Counted from the stretch's first letter, positions 1-13,905 are shown. The stretch: 64,000 nucleotides of DNA from Macrostomum lignano (GCA_002269645.1 NIVC01001101.1:248001-312000); one strand, 5' to 3'. Notes: generated by a model from the letters alone, not told the origin. A program made the numbers and translations.

Positions 1-383
1 GAGAGCAGTCAGCAGTGTGAGCATCTGGGAGAGCAGTCAGCAGTGTGAGCATCTGGGAGAGCAGTCAGCAGTGTGAGCATCTGGGAGAGCAGTCAGCAGT
101 GTGAGCATCTGGGAGAGCAGTCAGCAGTGTGAGCACCTGGGAGAGCAGCAGTCTGAGCATCTGGGAGAGCAGTCAGCAGTGTGAGCATCTGGGAGAGCAG
201 TCAGCAGTGTGAGCATCTGGGAGAGCAGACAGCAGTGTGAGCACCTGGGAGAGCAGCAGTCTGAGCATCTGGGAGAGCAGTCAGCAGTGTGAGCATCTGG
301 GAGAGCAGTCAGCAGTGTGAGCATCTGGGAGAGCAGTCAGCAGTCTGAGCATCTGGGAGAGCAGTCAGCAGTCTGAGCATCTG
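1..383. repeat. 28-bp minisatellite (GAGAGCAGTCAGCAGTGTGAGCATCTGG)n, truncated by the window start
   Basis: Unit starts at 1, 29, 57; about 13-14 copies with occasional shorter deletion variants. Confidence 0.95.
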
Positions 384-695
384 ACATAATCTGACATCAT
401 ATGATATCGTGTCATATGAACATAAGTAGTTTATGTGATATCATATGTAATGTACATGTAGGAATTTACAGTATATACATGTAGTCATGTATGAAATTCT
501 GGGCCTCCCCCCTCCCCCCCCCACTATAGACGTGGGCCATTTAATGGAAACAAAAAATTACACAGCAGTAGCTATATTGTTAACAGTATCTAACAGCTAG
601 ATGTCTCAAACTTATATTTATATATATTCTTGAAAATCAATCAAGTTACACGCATTTATAGACACATGCATCTCTGTAGTATTCAGGGGCAAGCT

Positions 696-1100
696 TTAAA
701 CTTGTGTTATTTTAATGTGCATGAAAGTATTCTGACGATCAAGTGTTGTAGTGTCAGTCCGGATCGTTACACCAGAACTATCCGCAATATCGCTTAGAGC
801 CGGAAAGCCGACAGGCAATTTGAAACGTAAATCTTCACCTGCCATATCATTGTTGGGCTCGCCGCTGCCCCACACAGTCGGGCTGACGCTGGTGTTGCAG
901 CCAATCCAGAAAAATCTGTCATCTGGCTCAGTACTGCCAGGGTACTGGCGGCCTCCAGAGTTGTAGGTGGATAAAATCACGTCGATGTGGCTCAGTTCCT
1001 CAGCGCTGGTCACGTCGGCCATGATGACCAGACCGCTCGGCGCTCTCTGACTCGCACTTCTGCCTGCTCTGCAACCACGTCCCGATGCCAGAGTACAGCA
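696..1100 (-). pseudogene. C-type lectin-like exon with a 1-nt frameshift (pseudogene or consensus error)
   Basis: Minus strand reads [24 protein letters not shown], then shifts frame to [13 protein letters not shown]...FFWIGC...WGSGEPNND..GED. These match CTLD motifs (W..A...C, L..i.s.eE, WIG, W..GEPN). The later conserved cysteines are not seen. Confidence 0.55.
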
Positions 1101-1102
1101 GA

Positions 1103-1320
<218 letters not shown>

Positions 1321-1515
1321 TACTGACTGTCTGTTTTTCTTTCCCGCCTGTCTATCTAGCTTGTTCTGCAAATAACAATCGAATTTTCCACAAAACTTTG
1401 ATATTAAAAAATTAGTAAGCAAGGCACTCTACTAACAGTAATAAAGTATTGAGTAGACTGTAAAAGTTGTAGAAACTGTGGAAGTAAACATTTTTTCTAA
1501 GTTTGATCAACGAGC

Positions 1516-2356
1516 TTTAGCACCAGGGGCTTTAGCACCAGGGGCTTTAGCACCAGGGGCTTTAGCACCAGGGGCTTTAGCACCAGGGGCTTTAGCACCA
1601 GGGGCTTTAGCACCAGGGGCTTTAGCACCAGGGGCTTTAGCACCAGGGGCTTTAGCACCAGGGGCTTTAGCACCAGGGGCTTTAGCACCAGGGGCTTTAG
1701 CACCAGGGGCTTTAGCACCAGGGGCTTTAGCACCAGGGGCTTTAGCACCAGGGGCTTTAGCACCAGGGGCTTTAGCACCAGGGGCTTTAGCACCAGGGGC
1801 TTTAGCACCAGGGGCGCCAGCACCAGGGGCGCCAGCACCAGGGGCGCCAGCACCAGGGGCGCCAGCACCAGGGGCGCCAGCACCAGGGGCGCCAGCACCA
1901 GGGGCGCCAGCACCAGGGGCGCCAGCACCAGGGGCGCCAGCACCAGGGGCGCCAGCACCAGGGGCGCCAGCACCAGGGGCGCCAGCACCAGGGGCGCCAG
2001 CACCAGGGGCGCCAGCACCAGGGGCGCCAGCACCAGGGGCGCCAGCACCAGGTGCGCCAGCACCAGGGGCGCCAGCACCAGGGGCGCCAGCACCAGGGGC
2101 GCCAGCACCAGGGGCGCCAGCACCAGGGGCGCCAGCACCAGGGGCGCCAGCACCAGGGGCGCCAGCACCAGGGGCGCCAGCACCAGGGGCGCCAGCACCA
2201 GGGGCGCCAGCACCAGGGGCGCCAGCACCAGGGGCGCCATCACCAGGTTCGCCAGCACCAGGGACGCCAGCACCAGGGGGCGCCAGCACCAGGGGCGCCA
2301 GCACCAGGGGCGCCAGCACCAGGGGCGCCAGCACCAGGGGCGCCAGCACCAGGGGC
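1516..2356. repeat. 15-bp minisatellite in two blocks: (TTTAGCACCAGGGGC)x20 then (GCCAGCACCAGGGGC)x~36
   Basis: Direct reading; variant switch at 1816. Confidence 0.97.
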
Positions 2357-3030
2357 GTCAGCTACGAAATGTAGAACTCCGCTAATATAGCACTCAGATT
2401 ACCATATTTGGAATTGGCTTTACCACTGAAGAAGTTCATCAATAGATTTACCATTAACAGCCCCTGTCAAAAGCTGTGGCATATTACACTGTTATATAAC
2501 TCGCATCGAAAATCTTGCCAAGAAAAGTTTTGTTCCGCCAAGTAAATCTTTTTGAGAGGAGTTGTGAAGGCGTGGCTTCCAAGCGCTTGCAATACTAATG
2601 ATAATAACCACTTTCTTGGCCTTAAGCTAGATCAAAAGTCATCGAACCGTGGCAGTTGCTTTTGTTTAAACCAACCGAGCAACAAGATTCTGAGAGAGAA
2701 TTGCTTTAATGACAATAAGCAGGCAAAAGGTTGAAAATACGGTTGGACTCTTGGCAGTGGCAAACAGGCAGACAAAACTCACTGGGGTCCAGTTGTCAAC
2801 TGTCAAATAATGACTAAGGAAATGTCCCTAGGGCAAAGCTGAGATTTTCTTTTTGTAGAGAAAGTTAAAACTTCATTTGCATGGCTACAGAATAAAGTGG
2901 CATTTTACCTTTCTTATAGGTCAGAGAATTTAACGGCTTTTTATAATTGCAGCTAACTTGATGCTGTTATTTCTTCTTTTTGGCTTTGTAGTTTAATTTT
3001 AAACCCATAAGCGATGCCCAGTGTCTGTTT

Positions 3031-4307
3031 GGCAACCCTAAAAGCCCATTCGACAACCCTAAGAGCCCATTCGACAACCCTAAGAGTCCATTCGACAACC
3101 CTAAGAGTCCATTCGACAACCCTAAGAGCCCATTCGGCAACCCTAAGAGTCCATTCGACAACCCTAAAAGCCCATTCGACAACCCTAAGAGCCCATTCGA
3201 CAACCCTAAGAGTCCATTCGACAACCCTAAGAGTCCATTCGACAACCCTAAGAGTCCACTCGACAACCCTAAGAGTCCATTCGGTAACCCTAAGAGTCCA
3301 CTCCGCAACCCTAAGAGTCCATTCGACAACCCTAGGAGTCCATTCGACAACCCTAAGAGTCCATTCGACAACCCTAAGAATCCATTCGACAACCCTAAGA
3401 GTCCATTCGACAACCCTAAGAGTCCAATCGACAACCCTAAGAGTCCATTCGACAACCCTAAGAGTCCATTCGACAACCCTAAGAGTCCATTCGGTAACCC
3501 TAAGAGTCCACTCCGCAACCCTAAGAGTCCATTCGGTAACCCTAAGAGTCCACTCCGCAACCCTAAGAGTCCATTCGACAACCCTAAGAATCCATTCGAC
3601 AACCCTAAGAGTCCATTCGACAACCCTAAGAGTCCATTCGGTAACCCTAAGAGTCCACTCGACAACCCCAAGAGTCCACTCCGCAACCCTAAGAGCCCAT
3701 TCGACAACCCTAAGAGCCCATTCGACAACCCTAAGAGTCCATTCGACAACCCTAAGAATCCATTCGACAACCCTAAGAGTCCATTCGACAACCCTAAGAG
3801 TCCATTCGACAACCCTAAGAGTCCATTCGGTAACCCTAAGAGTCCACTCCGCAACCCTAAGAGTCCATTCGACAACCCTAGGAGTCCATTCGACAACCCT
3901 AAGAGTCCATTCGACAACCCTAAGAATCCATTCGACAACCCTAAGAGTCCATTCGACAACCCTAAGAGTCCATTCGGTAACCCTAAGAGTCCACTCGACA
4001 ACCCCAAGAGTCCACTCCGCAACCCTAAGAGCCCATTCGACAACCCTAAGAGCCCATTCGACAACCCTAAGAGTCCATTCGACAACCCTAAGAGTCCATT
4101 CGACAACCCTAAGAGCCCATTCGACAACCCTAAAAGCCCATTCGACAACCCTAAGAGTCCATTCGGTAACCCTAAGAGTCCACTCCGCAACCCTAAGAGT
4201 CCATTCGACAACCCTAAAAGCCCATTCGACAACCCTAAGAGTCCATTCGACAACCCTAAGAGCCCATTCGACAACCCTAAGAGTCCATTCGACAACCCTA
4301 AGAGTCA
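3031..4307. repeat. 21-bp minisatellite (CCATTCGACAACCCTAAGAGT)n, ~61 copies, with duplicated blocks of variants
   Basis: Period 21; identical runs of variant units recur. Confidence 0.97.
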
Positions 4308-5583
4308 TTTAAATGCCTTTTCAGCGCCTCCGGAATGCAGTTTGTGCCCCGCTCTCATTTATTTACCTGTTAACTGACTTTCTGTTTTTTTTCACACATC
4401 CCCTTTATCCTCCCATTCCACAGGTTCATACATCATAATAACACCGCTCGCTTCCCAAGTCAAGAGCAATAAGTCAGAGAATTATTGTAAACCAGCTATA
4501 GCTTAAGATAACTATGTATCAAGCAATTCCCCAGGGACAAATTTCCCATGCCTATAAAGCCTTCCACCCATCATTCGCACAAGAAAGTTTCTACTTCCAT
4601 CCAGAGCCAGAGAAACTTCCCTAGCAACAGCTTCTAAGCTGTGATAGGTAGCGGGCTCTGGGTCCTGTCACTCGTCAGGCGGAAGCGAGGAGAGGAGAGA
4701 GAGAGGTGTTCGCTTCCTGTCAGGATGAAGCCAAGGAAAGGTGAAAGAGTGGAACAGAATCTTTCTTGAAAGGGCTGCTGCTTGCACCTTCTCTCTCTTG
4801 AAATGATGCAACCAAGCGTTCTGTGCAGCTCGGGTAGCGGTCAGCAACCGTCTCGTTCGTTACCTAAGGAAGTATATATTTTTAAACAAAGGGCCCATCA
4901 GCAGCAACAGGTGCTCCTCTTGGTACAGATCAATGAATGGTGCTTTGACCACAGAACCAAGTGGCATTGCAGTTACTGTAGAAGTTCGAATTACATTATG
5001 GGTCAGGAAACTGGGTCTTCTCCATCTCGGCAAACTTGCAGTTGTCATATTATATATACAATATACAACCCCTGTGCCTGACCTACCCCTCTCGCAGCCA
5101 AAGGTTTTCGAGTTGCTAAGCATGCCCAAAGTAAAGCTCCAACGGAAGGAAAGGAGATCGCGCGGTCCAAATGACAACTGTTTAAGACGCTAGCTTTCCC
5201 ATGACTCTGCTGTATGACATGATTTATTGCATATAGTATATGGAGTAATTATAATATACGACTCTCATGCTAACAGCTAAAAAGTAAGGTGATAACTTCG
5301 TGTAGTGTGTTTTTTTGTTGTTGCTAGGCCAAACAAATCATTGATCACTTGACAGTCAAAGGATTTCCTTCAGATAGCTGTTTCGCATTATAGTTTTATA
5401 GATCTATGACCAACTAGCGAACTAAATAAATGATTCAATTGACTTCGCTTGAAACCTGGTCTCTGAGACGCTGACCAAGAGTGGTGTTGGATCTTGACAC
5501 CCTTTTTTAGAAACTGTCTCTATAATATGTGTATGTGTGTGTCCTTTTGTGTTCTTTCAGCTGGCTCCATTATTCTAGATTTG

Positions 5584-6150
5584 TCTGTCAGCATCTGTCT
5601 GTCAGTGTCTGTCTGCAGTGTCTGTCTGGCAGTATCTGTCTGTCATTATCTGTCTGTCTGTCTGTCAGTATCTGTCTGTCTGTCTGTCTGTCAGTGTCTG
5701 TCAGTGTCTGTTTGTCAGTATCTGTCTGTCTGTCTGGCAGTATCTGTCTGTCACTATCTGTCTGTCTGTCTGTCAGTATCTGTCTGTCTGTCTGTCTGTC
5801 AGTGTCTGTCAGTGTCTGTTTGTCAGTATCTGTCTGTCTGTCTGGCAGTATCTGTCTGTCACTATCTGTCTGTCTGTCTGTCCGTATCTGTCTGTCTGTC
5901 TGTCTGTCAGTGTCTGTCAGTGTCTGTTTGTCAGTATCTGTCTGTCTGTCTGGCAGTATCTGTCTGTCACTATCTGTCTGTCTGTCCGTATCTGTCTGTC
6001 TGGCAGTATCTGTCTTCAGAATCTGTCTGTCAGTGCCTGTGGGCTGTCTGTCTGTCATTGTCTGTCTGTCAGTATCTGTCTTGTCTGTCTTTCTGTCATG
6101 TGTGTCCTTCTGTCTGTCAGTGTCTGTCTGTCAGTATCTTCCTGTCAGTC
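5584..6150. repeat. TCTG-derived compound repeat with a 108-bp higher-order period
   Basis: The rare GGCAGTATC marker recurs at 5628, 5736, 5844 and 5952. Confidence 0.9.
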
Positions 6151-6849
6151 TGTCACTGCAAATGCATAATTAACCACGCAGCCCCAACCCCAGTCAATTG
6201 ACAACACCCAAAAGCAGCCCCCGGCCCCCTATACACATAGCTTCTCTACAGCTTCGCGAAAAAAAGGTTTGATGAAGCATTAATCTTGTTGATTAGGCCA
6301 AGTCAGATTGGCCCCCGCACAGCGGTGAAATTGGTTTCAAACAATTTCTCCCTCCGACGTGGCATTTTGATCAAACGCGGTGGGAGGCTGTTTGAGCAAG
6401 GCAGTCATGATGAACCGGCACTGCAGATCTCAAGGTCTGATTTGGAGAACTGCACATGCAGGCTCCCGGGCCCAGTAGCGATTGGGCAAAGATTAACCCC
6501 TGTTTGACATTTGATATCAGGCCCAGCCCTGGGGTTCCTCACACAGCACTGTGGGTGTTTGTCAAACCCTTTCTCTGTATTGAGCAGAGCAATGCTATGA
6601 ATGAAGACGGAGGGCCCTTGGAGAGAAATTTATATATTTTTATTTCCCGAATATCTGCTTTTTTGATGCTCTAATGTTGAGATATTTATCTGAGTTGTTC
6701 TGTGTTGTTGGCGATGCTTTTCCCATCTTTGAGGCATTCTTTCTTTGATCCCAATTATTATTATCATTGCAGATTTGAGTGGCAGATTTATAACATCTCA
6801 TGCCCTTCATAACCTTTTTGGTTGCTTTTGGATTCTGATTCCGCATTGT

Positions 6850-7200
6850 TTTATAGATTTGGCGCTTTTTACATTGGTCTATAGATTTGGCGCCTCTCCA
6901 ATTACTGTATAGATTTGGCGCCTCTTACATGACTCTATAGATTTGGCGCCTCTTACATGACTCTATAGATTTAACGCCTCTCCTATTGACTCTATAGATT
7001 TGGCGCCTCTACTATTGACTCTATAGATTTGGCTCCTCTCGCGTTACTCTATAGATTTGGCGCCTCTTCCATTTACTCTTTATTTTTGGCGTCTCTTCCT
7101 TTACTCTATAGATTTTGCGCCTCTTATGTTGGTCTATAGATTTGGCGCCTCTCCTTTTTGCTCTACAGATTTGACGCCTCTCACATCTCTATAGATTTGG
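6850..7200. repeat. Degenerate ~28-30-bp minisatellite with core CTATAGATTTGGCGCCTC
   Basis: About 12 diverged copies. Confidence 0.88.
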
Positions 7201-7847
7201 CACATATCACGTTTGGGTCCTCTAAACCTACTGGTGCGAAATCTAAGCGAAATCTATTCGTTAGACCGCCAGACAACAATTTTATCGGCCTTCTGCTGGT
7301 CTTTGCCTTTGAGAGCAAGACTACATGCTACCAGGTTAGACCTCCAGATTCGCTCTTAACCGCCCTATTAGAAGGATTCTAAAAATATTTCAACATTGGC
7401 TTGCTTTGATGTGGACTGTTCCGAAACTGAAGGCGAGGAAAAGACAGGCGGAGGGCTTCGGTGGCTCTTGTTAGAGAGGGGAGAGGAGAGATTGCTATCG
7501 GACACATGCGCGAACACACAACAGGGCCGCCCGCCTCTTTAGTTTTAAAGGTTTAAAGAGTGCTGCATGGTGGTGTTGGGTCGATGGGGTAGGGAGGGGG
7601 TGCCATGTTCCATGCGCTGTCCCAACATCCCCTTCCGCGCTCCTTATCGGCACAGAGAATCAGGTGAATTAATGCTGGCCTCATATATATATTTGAGCTC
7701 CAAGGACTCAAAATTTCGGTGTTGTGTTGAGTGTGTGTGCAACCCCAATTGCATGCATGGTGTTCAGAGTCTAATTTTTCATTCATTCTTTCCTTGTCTC
7801 GAATCGCCCTCTCTCTCTGTGTTCTCTGTTCTCAACTCTTCCGGCAA

Positions 7848-7871
7848 ATGGCGCTTCTAGAAGAAGATCAG
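7848..7871 (+). CDS. Possible distal first coding mini-exon (MALLEEDQ) of the GATA gene
   Basis: ATG at 7848 inside an AAATGGCG (YY1-like) context and donor CAG|GTAGAA. Phase 0 is compatible with the acceptor at 14624, which opens an open frame into the GATA ORF. Speculative. Confidence 0.2.
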
Positions 7872-8048
7872 GTAGAATTGAGAACGAGCGAAATTAAGAG
7901 TGTGCTGATCGGTATCAGCTGAATATAGCTGCCAGGCAGATTGCAGTGGCTCCATCAGTCTTCCCCTTGTGTTCGCCTCTTGTTGTCAGGGCGACTGTCG
8001 GTCTGTCTACGTGCTGAGGGCCTGGCGCTCTGATTGCTGACTAGAGGG

Positions 8049-8470
<422 letters not shown>

Positions 8471-10292
8471 GCGGTTCATCTGTGACACTTCACAGCAGTG
8501 GGGCGGGGTGTTGTGACAGCTGGACAGGTCATCAAAACCGCAGAGCTGCCAAGTCCTGCTACAGGCGATGTGGGTGAGAAGTGAGAGGCAGGCACAACAG
8601 GACAGGCCAGACTCCGCCCACAATAGCGGTGCTTTCGCTTATTTTAGCACCCATTGCTCCTCCAACACATTCTCGCATTTTCACCTCGCGGCATCAAGAC
8701 AAGGTGACGCGCATTATTTTGCACAATATTTTGATCGCAAAGAAGAGAAAAAAGAGCCGATTTTTGTATATAATAATGACAGGGACTGCGCGGGGTTTTG
8801 TCGCTTCCGAAAGTTTTTGGCAGCCTGCATGCGGTGCCTTCACTGCCTGAGGCGTTAGGCGGCACCCCCCCCCCTCAAGCCGCCTTTGTTGGTGGCTGCC
8901 CCGCCCTTCGAAGAAAAAATCAAACCGTTGTCTCGCTATAGGAAAAGATTTCGATCAACAACTCCGCTCTCTGCGTTGGTTGTATAGTTTGGGGAAAAAA
9001 ATCCCCCCCCCCTATACGAACCGCCGATCCGATGCTCCCCCAGGGCGATGCAATAAACGGTCATTGCTGGGGGTACGGAGCCACTACAGCCTTTTTGGAA
9101 TGTCGTTTTGGTTGTTTTCGAATTTAAAAGAAAAAAAATTTCTTTGCCAAAATCGAGTAACAAGTGTGTTCAAAAATCAAAATCTGACCATTCTGCAGGG
9201 AAAAATTAAGCTGCTACTTTGAAACTCCTTGGCAGTGTGAACAACTTGTTCAGTTTTTTATTTTTTTCTAAAAAAACTTCGGACCGCCCACAAAGACGAT
9301 TCAACCATTTCAACCTGCGATTTCTATAAACTGCCGTTATGCTGGACACGCAGGTCTAGAGAGATACAAAACAGTTCTAAAATTTTATTGTTATGATCCT
9401 GTTGCTAATGCTGCTAATATAGAGTCCAGGTGTGACAGAACAAAACTTCTGGAACCAAAATCTTACAACGCATCTCGTTTAGAACTTTATGAGCTTCATT
9501 GCCCTCTGCAGAGCGGGACCGATGCTTGTTAAAGACAATTTTCACTTAACTGGCTGCTTTGGGGGGTTGGGGAGGGGGGGTATTTGAAATTTGAGGATTT
9601 GGATTTTTATTATTTTGTTTGGTTTTAGTGGTAATTGCGAAAGCAGGTTCGTAGGCCCGACCTCGGCAAGGAAACTACCCCTCCTGACCCGTTATGCTTT
9701 GTCTTCAAGTGGAAACACGGAGTTGAAATCAAGTGGGCCATTGACCATTGTGCAACCAATTTGACTTTCCTGAATCCTCGCTTCTACTTAGGAGGAACAA
9801 CAACCCCAAGAAGAAAGTCTTACAACAAACAAAAGATAAGAATTAGCGACAGGTGATTTTTGGCTACTTAAGTTTACCTGAGGAGGGGGGGCATCTCTGT
9901 TGCTTTGACATGTCAGTGTCTGTGTGTGTGTGTGTGACCTTTTCAACGGTAAGAATTCTATAAAAGATCATCGGATAGCTATAGATACCTGATCAAGATT
10001 ATCAAAGTCTTAAAATTGGACCCCTGCTGTTCTTATCTCCGGCCAATGACAATTGTCACTGTTGGAGATGGCTTTTTGACATTCTCTGCCGGTGTAGGCC
10101 CGAGTTTTGAGTCCCCAATAACCCAAGTTCCGGTTCTGAGTCTGTCAAATGCCACACAGACCGCGCAAGGTTTTTCTTAAACTAAAAATGACTAATTATG
10201 AGATAATCGATTGACTTTTGGTCATTTTTATAAGCTTGGGATATGATAGGCATCTGAAATTTTGCTTTTATGGACTACAGGTTTTGGATAGG

Positions 10293-10687
10293 GAGATGAA
10301 GGAGAGAGATGAAGGAGATGGAGAGGGGGTGGAGATGGAGATGGAGAGGGAGAGGGAGATGGAGATGGAGAGGGAGAGGGAGAGGGAGAGGGAGAGGAGA
10401 GGGAGATGGAGATGGAGAGGGAGAGGGAGAGGGAGAGGGAGAGGGAGATGGAGATGGAGAGGGAGAGGGAGAGGGAGAGGGAGAGGGAGAGGGAGAGGGA
10501 GAGGGAGATGGAGAGGGAGATGGAGATGGAGAGGGAGATGGAGATGGAGAGGGAGATGGAGAGGGAGATGGAGATGGAGATGGAGATGGAGAGGGAGAGG
10601 GAGATGGAGAGGGAGATGGAGATGGAGATGGAGATGGAGATGGAGAGGGAGAGGGAGAGGGAGATGGAGATGGAGATGGAGAGGGAA
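10293..10687. repeat. (GGAGAT/GGAGAG)n purine-rich hexamer repeat
   Basis: Direct reading. Confidence 0.95.
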
Positions 10688-11825
10688 ATGGGGGCAAGAC
10701 AACACAAATGCGATTAGAAATCAATAACTAATGAGAAGCAACAGCAATACATTAATTTAATGATAAATTTCACCAAACAGAATTAGCCTAAATGCAATTT
10801 ACTCAGCTAAAGCTGCCCCAAACAGGTTAAATCAGAAAACTATATACAATATTTGCCCCCAAGCAGCAGCAAAGGACAAAATGCTTTGACTTGCAATAAA
10901 ATTCAAGTTGCAGTAATTTCTTCTTGCTTCCGTTAAAGAATGCCACAAACCGAAGGCCTGTCTGCTTCATGCTTGCATAAGCGCCAGCGCACACATCGGG
11001 GGCCCCAGTGCGGTCGATCGGTTGAAACAGAGAATTCTGTCTGTTTATACGAGCTGTCTTCTTCTTCTCCTGCCGTTGAACAGCTCGGATGCCTGCCCTG
11101 CTGCACAGTTGGAAGTCTCCAGCCAGCAAACGCGGCGGCCCCTCTAAACAACTTTGGCTGGCAGTTTCTGAAAAGATTTTGAAAAATTTCCTTTCTATAG
11201 GGCTCAGTTTAAAATTGAGCTGCATGCAAGAAGCCCCCTGTTGTGGCTGGGGGGAATTTCTCTTGACAGGGCAAAAACATTCCAAATAGGATAAATATAG
11301 TTTTGCTTGGAACTGCTTGGCGCGCTTGTAATAGGGAGGGGGGAGGCTGTTTCTCAGAATTCGTACCGATCTATATGGCCCCTGTCTATGGTGCAAAGCC
11401 AACTATAGCAAAAGTCACGTACAATTGCTTAAATTCAAGTTTTTGTTTAGTATACAGAGTCTCGCATTCCAGTTCATATACAGAGCCGATAGATCAATAA
11501 CACGTTTATTGCATGAATATACTTTTTCGTTTAACGATTATGTATTTTGTTGAAATTTTAGAATTTGTTTACCGGGCATGAAAAACATGAAAACTTGAAA
11601 AGCGCAAAATGAATGCATAACTGATATCGATAGTAGTTCAATTGTTTGACTTTTGGTCAAGTGACTCAAGTTCCCCGACCCCGGTTGCCTGAGCGGTTTG
11701 CAGTTTACTCATTCTGTGATGCAGGCATTACGTCTGAGTCTTAAAAAAGTGTTTTTGAGCATTCTCAATTTGCACTTTCCATGAACTCTTATAAGAGTTA
11801 TATAGAGGAGACAAGAGAATGAGGT

Positions 11826-12728
11826 TAGGGTAGAGTGCAAAGAGTAGGGTAGAGCGAGAAGGGGTAGGGTAGCGAGAGAAGGGGTAGGGTAGAGCGAGAA
11901 GGGGTAGGGTAGAGCGAGAAATGGTAGGGTGGAGCGAGAAAGGGTAGGGTAGAGCGAGAAGGGGTAGGGTGGAGCGAGAAAGGGTAGGGTAGAGCGAGAA
12001 GGGGTAGGGTAGAGCGAGAAGGGGTAGGGTAGAGCGAGAAAGGGTAGGGTAGAGCGAGAAAGGGTAGGGTAGAGCGAGAAAGGGTAGGGTAGAGCGAGAA
12101 AGGGTAGGGTAGAGCGAGAAGGGGTAGGGTAGAGCGAGAAAGGGTAGGGTAGAGCGAGAAAGGGTAGGGTAGAGCGAGAAAGGGTAGGGTGGAGCGAGAA
12201 AGGGTAGGGTAGAGCGAGAAAGGGTAGGGTAGAGCGAGAAAGGGTAGGGTGGAGCGAGAAGGGGTAGGGTAGAGCGAGAAGGGGTAGGGTAGCGAGAGAA
12301 GGGGTAGGGTAGAGCGAGAAGGGGTAGGGTAGAGCGAGAAGGGTTAGGGTAGAGCGAGAAAGGGTAGGGTAGAGCGAGAAAGGGTAGGGTAGAGCGAGAA
12401 AGGGTAGGGTAGAGCGAGAAAGGGTAGGGTGGAGCGAGAAAGGGTAGGGTGGAGCGAGAAAGGGTAGGGTAGAGCGAGAAAGGGTAGGGTAGAGCGAGAA
12501 AGGGTAGGGTAGAGCGAGAAAGGGTAGGGTAGAGTGAGAAGGGGTAGGGTAGAGCGAGAAAGGGTAGGGTAGAGCGAGAAAGGGTAGGGTAGAGCGAGAA
12601 GGGGTAGGGTGGAGCGAGAAAGGGTAGGGTAGAGCGAGAAAGGGTAGGGTAGAGCGAGAAAGGGTAGGGTAGAGCGAGAAGGGGTAGGGTAGAGCGAGAA
12701 GGGGTAGGGTAGAGCGAGAAGAGGTAGA
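11826..12728. repeat. 20-bp G-rich minisatellite (AGGGTAGGGTAGAGCGAGAA)n, ~44 copies
   Basis: Period 20, with two GGG tracts per unit. Confidence 0.97.
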
Positions 12729-13409
12729 GTATGCAGCAATGCAGAATCCAAAGCTTTATTGAGTATACACATTATGCATAGTTTTACCCAAAGATTTCCC
12801 AATTAATTGATGGAGCTGGTGCTATCTGATTGTCTGACAACTCTCAGTGTAGAAACCATATTTCAGCTGGAATTCTCCAGAGCATCAAATAGCATCAACT
12901 GTGCAGAGTTAGTTGTAATTGCTCACGTTTTGTTAACTTGAAAAGAATTTTTGAATTTCTATTATTGAAAAATCTGAAGAGTTGCTTGGAGACGAAGTGA
13001 GTCAAGTCAGTGCATAACATCTTTAATTAACCTGACACCCATTCTAGTTTCTAGACATTGGGAAACCATGCGTTAGCAACCATGTGATCAGTTGGTTTTG
13101 TTGAGTTTTAAAATCGAATTCTCAAATAGAACAATGGATTACATTTAATGAATATGTGCAGAGACAATTCTTGGAAATATTGTCTTCAGAAGATGGGCCG
13201 CTCCATATGAATGGCTGTGCGGTGAATCTTCGATGATGAACCTGAAACTTGAGTTAGCGGATCCCGGAAGTCTGCAAAGTCTCTGAACTATAATATAACA
13301 AAAACTAACGCGGATTCTATTTTGAAATCTGATCAGAGGTGTCAAAATTATTGAAAGATTGAAGGACCCTTAGGAGTTCTCGAGAATTCACAAATCTCGC
13401 GTCTAAAAA

Positions 13410-13905
13410 TTGCATCGACCAAGATAAAAATGGCCCCCTTCAACGTGAAAATGGCATTCATCAAGACAAAATGGCACTTTTCAAGATGAAAATGGCAGCC
13501 TTCTAAATAAAAATGGCAGCCTTCAAGATAAAAATTGGCACCCTCCAAGATAAAAATGGCACACTCCACGATAAAAATGGCACCCTTCAAGATAAAAATG
13601 GCACTTTCCAAGATACAAATGGCACACTCCAAGATAAAAATGGCACCCTTCGAGATAAAAATGGCACTTTCCAAGATAAAAATGGCACCCTTCAAGATAA
13701 AAATGGCACTTTCCAAGATAAAAATGGCACCCTTCAATTTAAAACTGGCACCCTTCAATGTAAAAATGGCACCCTTCAATGTAAAAATGGCACCCTTCCC
13801 GAATCTAAAAATGGCACCCTTCCCGAATCTAAAAGTGGCACCCTTCCCGAATCTAAAAGTGGCACCCTTCAAGCTAAAAGTGGCACCCTTCACGATAAAA
13901 ATGAC
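13410..13905. repeat. ~21-bp minisatellite (AAAATGGCACCCTTCAAGATA)n
   Basis: About 22 diverged copies. Confidence 0.92.

Noticed and set aside
4782-5193. Short overlapping ORFs in unique sequence
   Set aside because: No recognisable motif or splice context.
11821-12728. Interstitial telomere (TTAGGG seeds)
   Set aside because: Only isolated TTAGGG hexamers; the unit is a 20-mer.
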